From contig OZ024742.1 of assembly GCA_964016885.1 (NCBI GenBank), positions 45,012,001 through 45,076,000 on the forward strand: DNA of 64,000 bases, read 5' to 3'. Within the stretch, counting starts at the first letter, position 1, and every line of letters starts with the position of its first letter. Positions 50,631 through 62,051 of the stretch are shown piece after piece. This DNA is from Eledone cirrhosa (Eukaryota). Below the pieces are notes generated by a model that did not search any database, had not been told where the DNA came from, and saw only the letters and a list, made by a program, of their open reading frames with translations. The translations under genes were made by a program, and so were the position numbers.

Positions 50631-50928
50631 AAAAAAAGATGAAATCGAAAATGCAACTGGAGTCTTATTTTTTTTTAAAATATATATATATTTATTTGGT
50701 TCCTTTACCGGTTTCGCAGTTCTTCTGCTTTTCAAAAGTAGAGTTGAGATGGAGGATCTGTGGTTTTTCTCACATCTGTGAGATGTGAGAAAAACCACAG
50801 ACCCTCCATCTCAACTCTACTTTTGAAAAGCAGAACTGCGAAACCGGTAAAGGAACCAAATAAATATATATATTTATATTTTTTTAAATAAGACTCCAGT
50901 TGCATTTTCGATTTCATCTTTTTTTCTT
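50628..50928. repeat. About 300-bp palindrome (150-bp arms, 3-nt loop gtg) with an HHR in each arm
   Basis: cacatct-gtg-agatgtg centre at 50778-50780; arms differ by a few substitutions and indels; (TA)n on both sides. Confidence 0.95.
50703..50738 (-). ncRNA. Minimal hammerhead with U3:A8 compensatory core (mirror copy on + at 50820-50852)
   Basis: ctt TTGAAAA gcag-aagaa-ctgc GAA ACCGGT A aag. Confidence 0.6.
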
Positions 50929-51169
50929 TATACTTTCACTTGTGTAGGACACCTCGGTTATTTTTCATTTTGTAAAAAAAACCTCACTTTCTAATATATA
51001 TATATATATATATGTTGACAAATTATTTGGTTGCACACTGTGCTGAGTAGTCACACCTGTTGAATGTTGTAAGATAACTTAACTGATGGTCAAGCAACTA
51101 ATGTTTTCATGTACTGAGTCTGTGACTAATTAACTTGATTATGATTTTATAGACATTCTTCTGAATTGA

Positions 51170-51955
51170 TAAAATTGTTAGAACATTAGACAAATGCCCT
51201 GAGTTAAAATCTTGCTGAGGTTGTCTTTTCATCCATCTGGGATTGATAAAATAATTACCATTTGAGTAATGAGGTCAATATAATTTACTCTTCTCTCTGG
51301 TCTATTAGAAATCATTATTTTGTTATTTTTTGTGCTTATTATTGTTCCTAATAAAGAAATGATTTGGCAGAGCATCAGACAAAATACTTTGTGGTATTTG
51401 TTCTGGCTCTTTATATTCTGAGTTCAAATTCTGCCAAGGTAAATTGTACTTTTCATTGTTCTGGAGTCAATAAAATAAAAAATTACTGGGAGTTCATATA
51501 ATTGATTGTTCTTCTAACCCAAATTTCTGGCTGTGTGACTGTGTTAGAAGTTATTATTGTTACTATTATAGGCAATGGATTGTCAGTATCGGTAGAGCGC
51601 GAGACGGCATGTTTAGTAGTATTTAGTTATAATTTTCTATGTGTTCCCTTTCATCCCTACGGAGGTGGATAAAATAAAGTACCAGAAATGCATGGGGTGG
51701 ATTTTTTAAAAATTGATTTTCGCTTCCCCTCAAAATTGTTGGCCTTGTGTCTAAATCAGAAACCAATTTATTATTAAGGGCAAGGGATTGGCAGTATCAG
51801 TAGAGCATTGAACACCATACTTTGCAGCATAGTTACAAATCCTGCCAAGGGTAGCTTTGCATTTCATCCTTACAAGGTCGATAAAATAAAGTACCAGTAA
51901 TGTACTGGGGTCAATTTAATCAACTTTCCCCTCCCCTAAAATTGTTGGCCCTGTT
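51170..51955 (+). mobile_element. Tandem cluster of about 4 degenerate Meta-type SINEs
   Basis: Repeated ttcatcc..gataaaataaagtaccag..ggccttgtgt..agaaa, separated by (TTA)n. Confidence 0.7.
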
Positions 51956-52379
51956 ATTATTGTTTGCTATACACACATGGGTCAGCTCTAGTAAGTTTTT
52001 TAGTTTTCACTTGTTTAAAAAACCTTTCATGGCTCAATTTTTATTACAAACTTTGAATATGGTGTCTTACTTTGTCTTCAAGAAAGGCAACACCCTAATA
52101 TTTGGGACTTTGGTCCAAGTAATTCACAAATTATGCTTTGAAAATTTAAAAACAAAAATGGAGGTTACACTCCCCTCCACATCCAGCCAGAGCAGTAAAA
52201 AGATTTTGAACAAGAAAAACATGTCGTGACAACACTTCAGACTAAAGATTAATAATGTCACCACCACCACTACAGACATTGTCAACAACAACTATTACAG
52301 AAGCAACAGTAACAATAACAGAAACAAAAATGTTATAAAATTGAACGTAAATGGTTAAAGTAAAGAACAACGCAGCTAC

Positions 52380-55335
52380 TGCCAACACACAAAGGCTTCC
52401 ATTCAAGCTGGCCATTTTCTTTGTGGGAGCAACAAAAAACTTTGATAAAGTGCTACTAAATGAAGTAAGATTAGCCTATCTGAGATGATGGAGAACATAC
52501 TCTGTTGTATGGTGATGTACCATATGATTTGAGTAAAGTCACACTGGGTGGAGCACGCCACTGCATCCCAAGTTGAAAAGACCTTGAGTTGTATATGGGA
52601 ACACAAAACCCATATAGCCCGAGGCAAAAGATTTGGGACGCTAGTCATGTTTTTCACAACCTAACAGGAAACCAGAGCACACTTCCTAACACTGCTCAAA
52701 AACGATGAGCTAACACTGGTGCTGTCTTATTGTAGACAAAGTGGCTGGTCAAGGTGAAGGTGACCCAGACCCCACCCACAATAACCATTCCTTGTATAGT
52801 GGCAGCTGTCTTCACTGATGTCGAGGAATGGACTAATATTTTAGAAGTCCAAAAACTAAAACATGAGAACTAGTCTGCATCGGAGATGGAGCTACTCATC
52901 TAAATGGACCAAGAAAATATTGATGCTATTCCTAATGTAATAGACCTTGTGAACAGCACCCACCTTCCCATGACCATGGAGGGCAGAAAGTTAAAGAGTC
53001 ACTTTGCAATTGGAAATTTATGGGGGTGGGAGGTTGATCTCCAAATGAATTTACAACAATATTCTTGCAGAGTTGCCCACATGTGGAGGAAGGATGGATC
53101 AGCCATCCTTCCTCCACATGAATAGGCTAAGTGATCCTTCTCACTTTTCCTCCTCTTCATCAAACATGACCTTACTCAGGATAGGTAGTATAAATGCAAC
53201 ACCGTCATATCACTAAACATAAATGTGGTAGCCATCAGCAAGACCAGAATTTCTGAAGCACAAGCCTTCATACCCATTCTCAGTAGCTACAAGGTGAATG
53301 CATTTCCAAGCTGTCCAGGAGCTGTGTTGTTTTGGAAAGGCCTGGATCTCATGATACAAACCATCTTCCTGGACCCAGAAGGTATGTTAATGGTGCTGGA
53401 CATGACCAGTAGTGAAGAACATGTTTTCTTCAGGCACCTGGAAACCTTTCTAGGAACATCCCACACTTCAGTGTTAGTGAGCGAGTAGCACGGTATCTTA
53501 GATACACACCAGGATTGTGTGGGTTTCGCAAAATATGGGAGGAGGGTATAAAAACCTCACAAACCTGATCAGACATTTTCCTACTGCCTGACAAGTACTG
53601 ACTGGATTTTTTGAATGTGTCAATGTTGACAGATCGTATCTAGATAGGGTATTTTATAGGGAAGTAGATAAGGCAAGTAGTATAGGTTGTCCACAATTTA
53701 AAGTAGCTGACTACACAGACCAGAAATTTGGGATCTATACAATCAACTTAGATAGGCTTCATAGGCAGAGACCCAAATACTGGAAGCTGAACACATCCTT
53801 TCTGGCGTGCAAAGCATATAGAGACAGGATTAAAGAAGTAGTTAAGTGGGCATTGATGGGGCAATCATGAACAAAAGATGATGGTTTGCCCTGAAATGGG
53901 TGATTAGAGTAGAATCGATAAGGTTTAGTAAAGGTGAAGCGATAGAGAAAACTGGACTGGAAGGAGATCTAGTTAGAAAGCTAGAAGGGGTGTTTAAGAA
54001 AGGCATTGCAACTGACGTGCTTATGGTGAGATGGATGCTGGACTAATTATTCAATGCAAAGTTTGAAGACTGCATTGTCAGAGCTAGAGCATGTTCCAAT
54101 GGTTAGGTGATCCATCTGCTGTCAACACTCGCCTCATGGAGGACTGGACATGTGGCTGATGATGCGCAAACATGCGCTGAGGCTACGACATGTCCAGCTT
54201 TTCCTTAACAGTGAACAGGTGTGATTGCTGTTCACTAGACATGTTTTCTATTAGCTATAATATTCATAATTGTATTTTACATTACTTTGACGTTTTAGGA
54301 ATATCATTATGTATAAAACTTACAAGTATCCGGAATAAGGCTTGTGACATGTCAGCCGACTGATCCTACACTCATTGGTTTTCATACCGCTGGGCCTGCT
54401 GTGGCTGATAATGTGCAAATGTGCTGAGACTAGAACATTTCCAGCTTTTCCTTGATGATGAACGGATGTGGTCACTATTTGCTAGGTGTTTTTCTTTCCT
54501 CAGCTCATCTTAAGAGATGCACTCTTGGGTCAAGTGAAGACTAAGAGGGAGGGCTTGGAAACTGGAATATCTTCAAGCGCTCATACCATTCTATCAATCA
54601 GAAGTACAATCAAAGGAAACTCTACTTCGGCATTCTATAGAGAGTTAGTGGCGGGTAAAAGTAATGACATTCTTGGGGAGACTTTGGGCTTTGATGAAAA
54701 TCAATTAGCCACTCTTTTCTGGTGGACTTTTGGTTCAAGGCCCATGGATAACTTCAAGAAATCCCTGGCCTGGCAGTGCTATTGGGAAGCATTGCCAATT
54801 TGAGATAAGTTCTACAGTCATGGAAGTGCTGTTAGCTGGGCCTGTCTGAAATGTGTGCAGGGCAATGAAATCATCCTGCATGCACTCATCCAGTATCCAA
54901 GTATTACTGGTGTGTTGGTTTTTGTTGAACACCTGCTGTCAGGTTTAGGATGGATCCAGCTATCAGCTGAATCCATCATGAAGATTGCCCCACCACCTTC
55001 CTTTAACCAGGAAGGACAAACAGGTTTTATCTACCTGGTGGTCATGACGAAAGAAGTGGAGGCATTTGAAAGGGTTGAAGACAAGCACTTTCCTCTTTGG
55101 CCAAGGTCTGATTAACTTTTTCAGATTTCACTTGATGAAAATCCAGGTGGAGAGCGAAGTGCTGCCTTCCAACCAATATATTGAAAGGTGGATGAGTGTT
55201 CTGAACATGCTCCAGGTGAATGGGTCTGCTCTGCTCTTAGTATACACCTTTAGAATGGAGGAAGACAATTTTTTTGCACACGCAAACTGTACTGCCCTTT
55301 GTTTTCTTAATGTGAGCCCTGTGTGCCTAAATTAG
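52380..55335 (+). mobile_element. Degenerate Tx1/L1 LINE (ORF1 and EN remnants, deleted RT, 3' part)
   Basis: VAISKTRI, FFRHLETFL, YWKLNTSFL, STSAFYRELV..MDNFKKSLAWQCY, SIMKIAPPPSF; homologous to 46345-48404. Confidence 0.75.
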
Positions 55336-55559
55336 AAGCCATTATTATTATTTGGCAGTATCAGTAGAGCATCAGACATTGATTTGCAGCACATAGTTAT
55401 GGCCTTTTACATTCTGAGTTCAAATCCTGCCACGGTTAGCTTTGCCTTTCATCCTTATGGTGTCAATAAAATAAAGTACCAGCAATGCACTGGGGGCGAT
55501 TTATGCAACTTTCCCCTCCTCTCAAATTGTTGGTCTTGTCCCTAAATCAGAAACCATTA

Positions 55560-56645
55560 TTATTATTAAGCATTTGATATCTCAGTCATTGATGTTATTT
55601 AACCAAAAAATTTGCCCTAATGAACATCAAGCTACTACCAACAGCCTCAGATATTCAGGACATATTGGAGGGTTCTAGCTGCTCCCAGTAGACATGCTTT
55701 TGAAATGTTCCAAAAAAGGGGGCTGGGCTAATGTTATTTAACCAACTTTGGAAACTCTTCGAGACTGTACCTTGTGCTCCAATGACATGGGGGATGACCT
55801 TGATTTAATGACAGTCCCAAATCCTTCTCAGTTCTCACTTTAGATCCTGATACCAGTTAATTTTCTCCTTCTTTTCTTGCACTCTTGTGACAAAGAGGCA
55901 AGCTACATCTATAATCAAGCAAGATCTTTTTCCTTATCAAAAAACACCAGGTCAAGCCTAATCTGTTCTAATTCTTTATCTCTTTGTATCCTGAAATCCA
56001 ACAACACATTTACCTGATTGTTTTCTATTATTGACTTTGGTTTGTGCTCAGACCACTTCTCAGAATGGGGTAAATTATTCAGTTTGCATAAATGCCAGTG
56101 GTTCACTTTTCCTATACCATTCCTGCATCCTTTATAATGTGTTTACACTCAGATATGATGTGAACCACAGTTTCCTCTCTCTCCACAAATCCTACAGAGT
56201 GAGCTAGCTTCCTCCTTGTCAATATGGCGTTTCATTCACTTCATTCCAAGGATTTGCTCCTGTGCAGCCAGTAGCATTCTGTCTGTAGCTTTCTAAAAAG
56301 GTCCCTTTTCTTTAACCAGTCACATGTCTGCTGATCTCTGAATTCTGTTTTCATCAAAAAGATGCTATGAAGGGCCTTTTGATTCAGGTTGTTCTTCCTC
56401 TTCATTGTTACTTCTTTCTTGGACATCTGGTTTATTGTCTCCTCCTTCAATACAGCCTTAAGCATTGCCTCATTACTCTCAGACACATATTTGTGTAGAC
56501 AGCTTTTCTCCATCTGAACACAGTCCTCCACACTGATAAGACCTCTCCCACCTTCAGATCTCTTTAAGTACAGTCTATCAACATCACCCTTCTTATGAAA
56601 CATACTGTAGGTAGTCATTAATTTCCTTATCTTTCTATCCAGTTG
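55560..56645 (-). mobile_element. Second R4/Dong-family copy, 3' part including terminus
   Basis: MFHKKGDVDRLYLKRSEGGRGLISVEDC aligns to 3490-4270 and continues to KACLLGAARTLQYVLNI*; the 3' end runs into (TAA)n. Confidence 0.85.
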
Positions 56646-57185
56646 TTCTTTTTTTTTTCTTCTTTTTTTTTATCCTTCTCCTCCTCCTTCTCTTCCTTCT
56701 CCTCCTCCTTCTCTTCCTTCTCTTCCTTCTCCTTCTTCTTCTTCTTCTTCCTTTTCTCCCTTTTCTTCTTCCTTTTCTCCATTTTCTTCTTTTTCTTTTT
56801 CTTCTTTATACTCTGTTTTCCTGCTGTGCTGTCATAATTTTTTTATGTAAACCCTTTGTAGTAAATAAAGAAACCATTATTATTATTATAATTTGGCCGA
56901 ATCATTAGAGCTTCAGACAAAAATGTCTTACAGTATTTAGTTACAAGTCTTGAATTGTGTTGAATAAAATGTCATACAGTATTTAGTTTCATGACTTGTC
57001 AGGCATTGGACCAAATGTGTTTCAATATTTAGTTACATATCTGTAGTGTGTTGGCTAGAATGTCAATATGGGATTTCTTCTGTCGCTTTACGTTCTGTGT
57101 TCAAATCTTACTGAGGTCAACTTTGCCTTTCATCTTTCTGGTGTTGATAAAATATAGTACCAGTCAAGTACTGAGGTTAATTTAA

Positions 57186-57406
57186 CGCTTTAACATTTAC
57201 ATTACTCTATATTTAATATTGTATTTTGGTGGTAAAGGATTTATCTCACATACTTATCTCATATAATATTGAATCTATGAGATTTTGATGTTAGTCATTT
57301 TGAGAACAATACCTTAACATCACTATGAGTGACCAGTTATGGCCAGTTTGAACAGAAAGAGGTGAGAGAATTCTGACCGGATACAGCAGGTTTAAATGCT
57401 AAAGGG
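57186..57406. mobile_element. piggyBac-type MITE inserted in a Meta SINE
   Basis: ttaa cgctttaacattta..taaatgctaaaggg ttaa; SINE halves on either side. Confidence 0.7.
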
Positions 57407-58121
57407 TTAATCAACTTCGCTCTTCCCTCAAATTTGCAGGCTTTGTGCCTAAATTAGAAATCATTAGTATTAAAGGGTTGTGAATAGAATTGATAGAATT
57501 TTAAACATAATAATACCTTTCTGTATTCAGTTAAATCTTTTTATGTTCTGAATTAAAATCCTGCTGATGTCAGCTTTATTTCTCATTCTCTCAAGTTCAA
57601 TAAAATACAGTGCCAATCAAGTGCTAGAATCATTAAAATTGACTGTTCCTTGCAGCCAAGTTTTATAACTTTGTGTCTCTATTAGAAATAATTATCATGA
57701 TTATTATTGAAGGCCTGTGGTGGATTGCAGAATCAGTAGTGTGATTCCAAGCAAAATGCTTTAATTCTTGCAAATTCTTGATTATTCCCAAAATGATTTG
57801 AAAATTATTGGTAGTGTCTTTTGTTAGAAATATAATAATACTAATATTGATTTCTGTCTTTTGAACCTGAGAACATAATTGATGAAATTGATCATTTTAT
57901 TTTTTTGCCTCAGAAGGATAAAAGGCATAGATGACCTCAGTGGGATTTGAACTCAGAATATAAAAATCCAAAACTAATACCATAAGATAACTGTTTGACA
58001 CTTTAATGGTTATGCCATTTCACAGCCCTGATGATGATGATGACAATAAAAATAATTCTGTAATTAGTTGAAATGACTGTTTTTTTTTTTTGTTTTTTTT
58101 TATAATTTTGCCTTTTTATAG

Positions 58122-58204
58122 AAATGGTGTTAATGTAGAAGGTGCTACACATCGGCAAGTTGTCGACCTAATCAAGTCAGGCAGAGATAATCTTACTCTC
58201 ACAG
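58122..58204 (+). CDS. SNX27: Sorting nexin-27, coding exon 2 (PDZ C-part)
   Basis: Poly-T acceptor ..tttttatag; (V)[27 protein letters not shown]; donor GTAAGA at 58205. Phase matches exon 1. Confidence 0.95.
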
Positions 58205-58499
58205 GTAAGACATTTATTTTTTTACAAATTCAAATCTAAAAAGTGAAATAAAATGAAATATCTTTATCAAGTGCTATTTGAAATTTTCATCAATCACACT
58301 TCTGTTAACTTTGAAATTTATCAAAATAGATATGTAAAAAAAAAGACACTATTGTCTGATATAGTAGCTCTTTTTAATGTTAATTCAGTAATCTCCAACA
58401 TTGCATTGCAATTTTCTGAAGAGAGGGAAAAAATATATAAAACTATAAGGTTAAAATCCTCAAATGTAAATTAGATAATTGCTATTTTATTATGTAAGC

Positions 58500-58715
58500 A
58501 CACACATAGCTGTGTGGTTATGTAGTTATAGACATGGCAGTGCAGTTAAGGAGGCACAAGCATGACTGTGGTTAAGAAGGAACAGGCATGACGGTGTTGT
58601 TAAGGAGGCACAGACATGGAAGTGTAGTTAAGGAGGCACAGGCATGACTGTGGTTAAAAAGGTGCAGGCATTGCTGAGGTTAGAAATGTGCAGGCATGGT
58701 TGTGTAGTTAAGGAA
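58500..58715 (+). repeat. Tandem array of about 27-bp SINE 5'-head (A-box) units
   Basis: About 8 copies of ggcacaggcatg.ctgtg.ggttaag, matching the SINE head at 60432. Confidence 0.7.
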
Positions 58716-58760
58716 TTGGTATGATTCAGACAATTCTGTGGCATAACAAATCATCTACAT

Positions 58761-59091
58761 CAGAGATTCTCAAACGTTTTGGGCCACCGCCTCCTCACGA
58801 CCAAGTAATACTCTCAGCGCCCCCACCCCTGTTTCCTGAGAGACTTGTCCGCATGCAAATTGTAAATAATATATAGTAATAAAATAATATAAAATCGTTA
58901 ATTGATAATAATAAATATAATAAATACAATGTATAAATGAATATTATATATTTTTTTATTTTACTATTTTTATATGTAATATGTATCATATGATGTCTAA
59001 TATACTATTATATCATCTCTACTGTCCCCCTGCTTCTTTAGGCTCTAGTGTCCCCCTGGGGTGGCCGTAACACCCACTTTGAGAACCTCTG
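58761..59091. mobile_element. hAT-type MITE
   Basis: TIR cagagattctcaaa / tttgagaacctctg; perfect 8-bp TSD atctacat. Confidence 0.88.
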
Positions 59092-60026
59092 ATCTACATG
59101 AACACAAAACTGTTGTTAAATCAACAACAAGCAAGTCACACACTAGAGGTTAACATTTTGGCATTCACAAGCAGACTCACATAGACTTGCTCTGCATACA
59201 GACACTAGGCTTTATGTCTTAACAGGTCTAAACATGTTGCAACAGTCTGTAGCCCTAATCAAATTTATCCTTCCTGTATTATCCAAACTTTTTCCCTAAA
59301 GAAATAAGTTGTAAAATGTTTAAATTATTGTTATATTTAATTACTATATTTTATATCCAATGCTAAATGAGAGAAAGATGAACATAACAAGAATCCTGGT
59401 GGGGAAAATTTAATTTCATATTAGATTCATTCAACATCCAAAATGAAAGCTAGAACCTCAACACTTGTGACAGAGTTGTTGTTGCACTGTAGTATTGAAG
59501 GAAGGAGAGGAAACCATAGACATGTTTTTCTGAGAGGAAAATAGAATAGTATAAAACCTGAAATTTTTGTATTTCTCTACATAAATGAAACACAACTTAG
59601 TTTATAAAATTTATAATTTTTTTCCACAAAATCGATAGGAAGAAGCCTCCAATAGGTGGAGTGGCTGGTGTAGCGGGTGTTACTGGTTGTTTTTTGTTGC
59701 AATACCTTTATCTTGTCTGTGAGGAACAGTAGATACACCATCTAGAGATGGTTGTAGAATCTGCCCCTCCCTTCCCCTCTTCTTTTTTGTTGTTATTTAA
59801 TTTCTCTCTCTCTCTCTTTATTATACAAAATATTTATGTAAAAAGTTATTTACCATAAAATTTCCTGAAAGTATTTTTTAAAATTCACATTGAGATTTAA
59901 GATTTTTCCTTTAAGTCTTTTTATACAATTTGTGTTTTGTAAAATTTACCTTTTTCTGAAAACATAAAAAAAATTTGCATAGATATATATGTTTATTTAT
60001 TCCTCTTGACATTTTTACCACTCTAG

Positions 60027-60175
60027 TGATATCTGTACCTGAGCGTGTGGCTGAGAGACTCGAACCCAGTGATGACTCTTCAGGACCATCTCTCATTGAT
60101 TATTCAGAACGGCGCTCACTTCCTATCTCCATACCAGATTATCAGTCTGTAGAAAATAATGGTGAAAAATATGTG
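60027..60175 (+). CDS. SNX27: Sorting nexin-27, coding exon 3 (linker, PX domain start)
   Basis: Acceptor ccactctag; (V)ISVPERVAERLEPSDDSSGPSLIDYSERRSLPISIPDYQSVENNGEKYV; donor GTAAGA at 60176. In frame with exon 2; gene continues beyond the window. Confidence 0.95.
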
Positions 60176-60431
60176 GTAAGATTTATTGTATCTCCTATTA
60201 CATCTATTTTTACACTTCATTGTATACAACAAACTGAGCACTTAACACCATTTATCATAAGACATAACTCTCATATTCTATTCTAATACAATCTTTTTTT
60301 TATTTTATTGTTTATCATTTGACTTAGTATGTTTGTTTGTTTGTTTTGTTAATGTAATTATTTTGCATGCTATCAATATTTTCACACAAATTTTGTCTAA
60401 ATTATTTCAAATATTTTTTTTATAGAGTTAG

Positions 60432-60770
60432 GGGCAAACATGGTTGTGTGATTAAGAAATTTGCTTTGTAACCACATGGTTTCAGGTTTAATCCCACCAA
60501 GTGGTTCTTTGGACAAGTTTCTCTTACTAATGCCTCAGACTGAGCAATGCCTTCATCATCATCATCATTTAACATCCATTTTTCCATGCTTGCATGGGTC
60601 AGACGGGTCATCTGCACTGAGACAAGTCTGGACAGAATTGGCTGCACTGTACCTTGCTCTGATGGGACTGTAAATTTGGGCGGGGGTTTTACAGCTGGAT
60701 GCCCTTCCGAACACCAACCACGAATGAAATTTGGTAACTGAAACTGCAGAAGCCCATCTATGTGTGGGGG
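60432..60770 (+). mobile_element. tRNA SINE interrupted by an inverted RTE-tailed SINE fragment (60553-60720)
   Basis: ggcaaacatggttgtgtgattaag..cttt ggacaag..gcctt | (cat)n..ggatgcccttcc | gaaatttggtaactgaaactgcagaagccc. Confidence 0.65.
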
Positions 60771-61380
60771 GCATGCATGTATATATGTGTGCATGTGTAT
60801 GCTTGTCTTCATATCTATCTTTATGTTAATAATACTTTAAAAAAGAAACAGTGCTGTCCATAACTTATCAGTTGAACAGGTAGCAGTGACTAACATAGGG
60901 AGCAGACTTAAAACTGATTACTGGGTCAATATGATGAACTAAGCAATGCAAGGTAATGCTCCTGCATGGTCAGGGTCCAGTGACTGTTCATATTCTTTTA
61001 TTCTTTGACTGGTTTCAAACAAAATAAGAGGAAGATTTGAGTGTAATTAACTATGTAATTAAGCCTGTTATTAAATCATTATGTAACTAAGTATGTTATT
61101 AAGTCTGTTAAGTAATTAAGTTTATTATTAAGGAATTAAGTAATTAAGTTTATTATTAAGTAATTAAGTCTGTTAAGTAGTTATGTACTTAAGTATGTAA
61201 TTAATCGTAAGTACATAATCAAGTATGTACTTGTGCAATCAAGTGTGTAATTATGTAATCAAATATGTAATTATGTAAAAGACAGCTCTGGTTACAACAT
61301 TATATTGTATTGCTAGATATTAAGTACTAATTTAAACTATATGGAAATTAAGTTTTAAAAAATCAAATATTAATATGTAT

Positions 61381-62051
61381 ACTGTAAAGTGGTCGTGTAA
61401 CAGTCACGACAAAAAGCACCCAGCCCACACTGTAAAGTGGTCGTATAGGAGTCACAACAAAAAACACCCAGCCCACACTGTATAGTGGTCGTGTAGGAGT
61501 CACGACAAAAAGTACCCAGCCCTCACTGTAAAGTGGTCATGTGGGAGTCACGACAAAAAGTACCCAGCACACACTGTAAAGTGGTCGTGTAGGAGTCACG
61601 ACAAAAATACCCAGCCCTCACTGTAAAGTGGTCGTGTAGGAGTCACAACAAAAAGTACACAGCCCTCACTGTAAAGTGGTCGTGTAGGAGTCACGACAAA
61701 AAGTACCCAGCACACACTGTAAAGTGGTCGTGTAGGAGCTACGACAAAAAGTACCCGGCACACACTGTAAAGTGGTCGTGTAGGAGTCACAACAAAAAGT
61801 ACCCGGCACACACTGTAAAGTGGTCGTGTAGGAGTCACAACAAAAAGTACACAGCCCTCACTGTAAAGTGGTCGTGTAGGAGTCACGACAAAAAGTACCC
61901 AGCACACACTGTAAAGTGGTCGTGTAGGAGTCACAACAAAAAGTACCCAGCACACACTGTAAAGTGGTCGTGTAGGAGTCATGACAAAAAGCACCCGGCA
62001 CACACTGTAAAGTGGTCGTGTAGGAGTCACGACAAAAAGCACCCAGCACAC
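61381..62051 (+). repeat. 48-bp minisatellite, 14 units, followed by SINE tail to about 62215
   Basis: Units start at 61381, 61429, 61477, 61525, 61573, 61620 and so on; no unique spacers. Confidence 0.95.

Noticed and set aside
59975-60286. 103-aa ORF as a stand-alone gene
   Set aside because: Only 60027-60175 is SNX27-like and it is bounded by splice sites; the flanks are intron.
61381-62051. CRISPR array
   Set aside because: Units are head-to-tail with no unique spacers, no cas genes, eukaryotic context, and the unit derives from a SINE.
61596-62051. 151-aa repetitive ORF (also 29334-29735)
   Set aside because: By-product of a 48-bp stop-free repeat.
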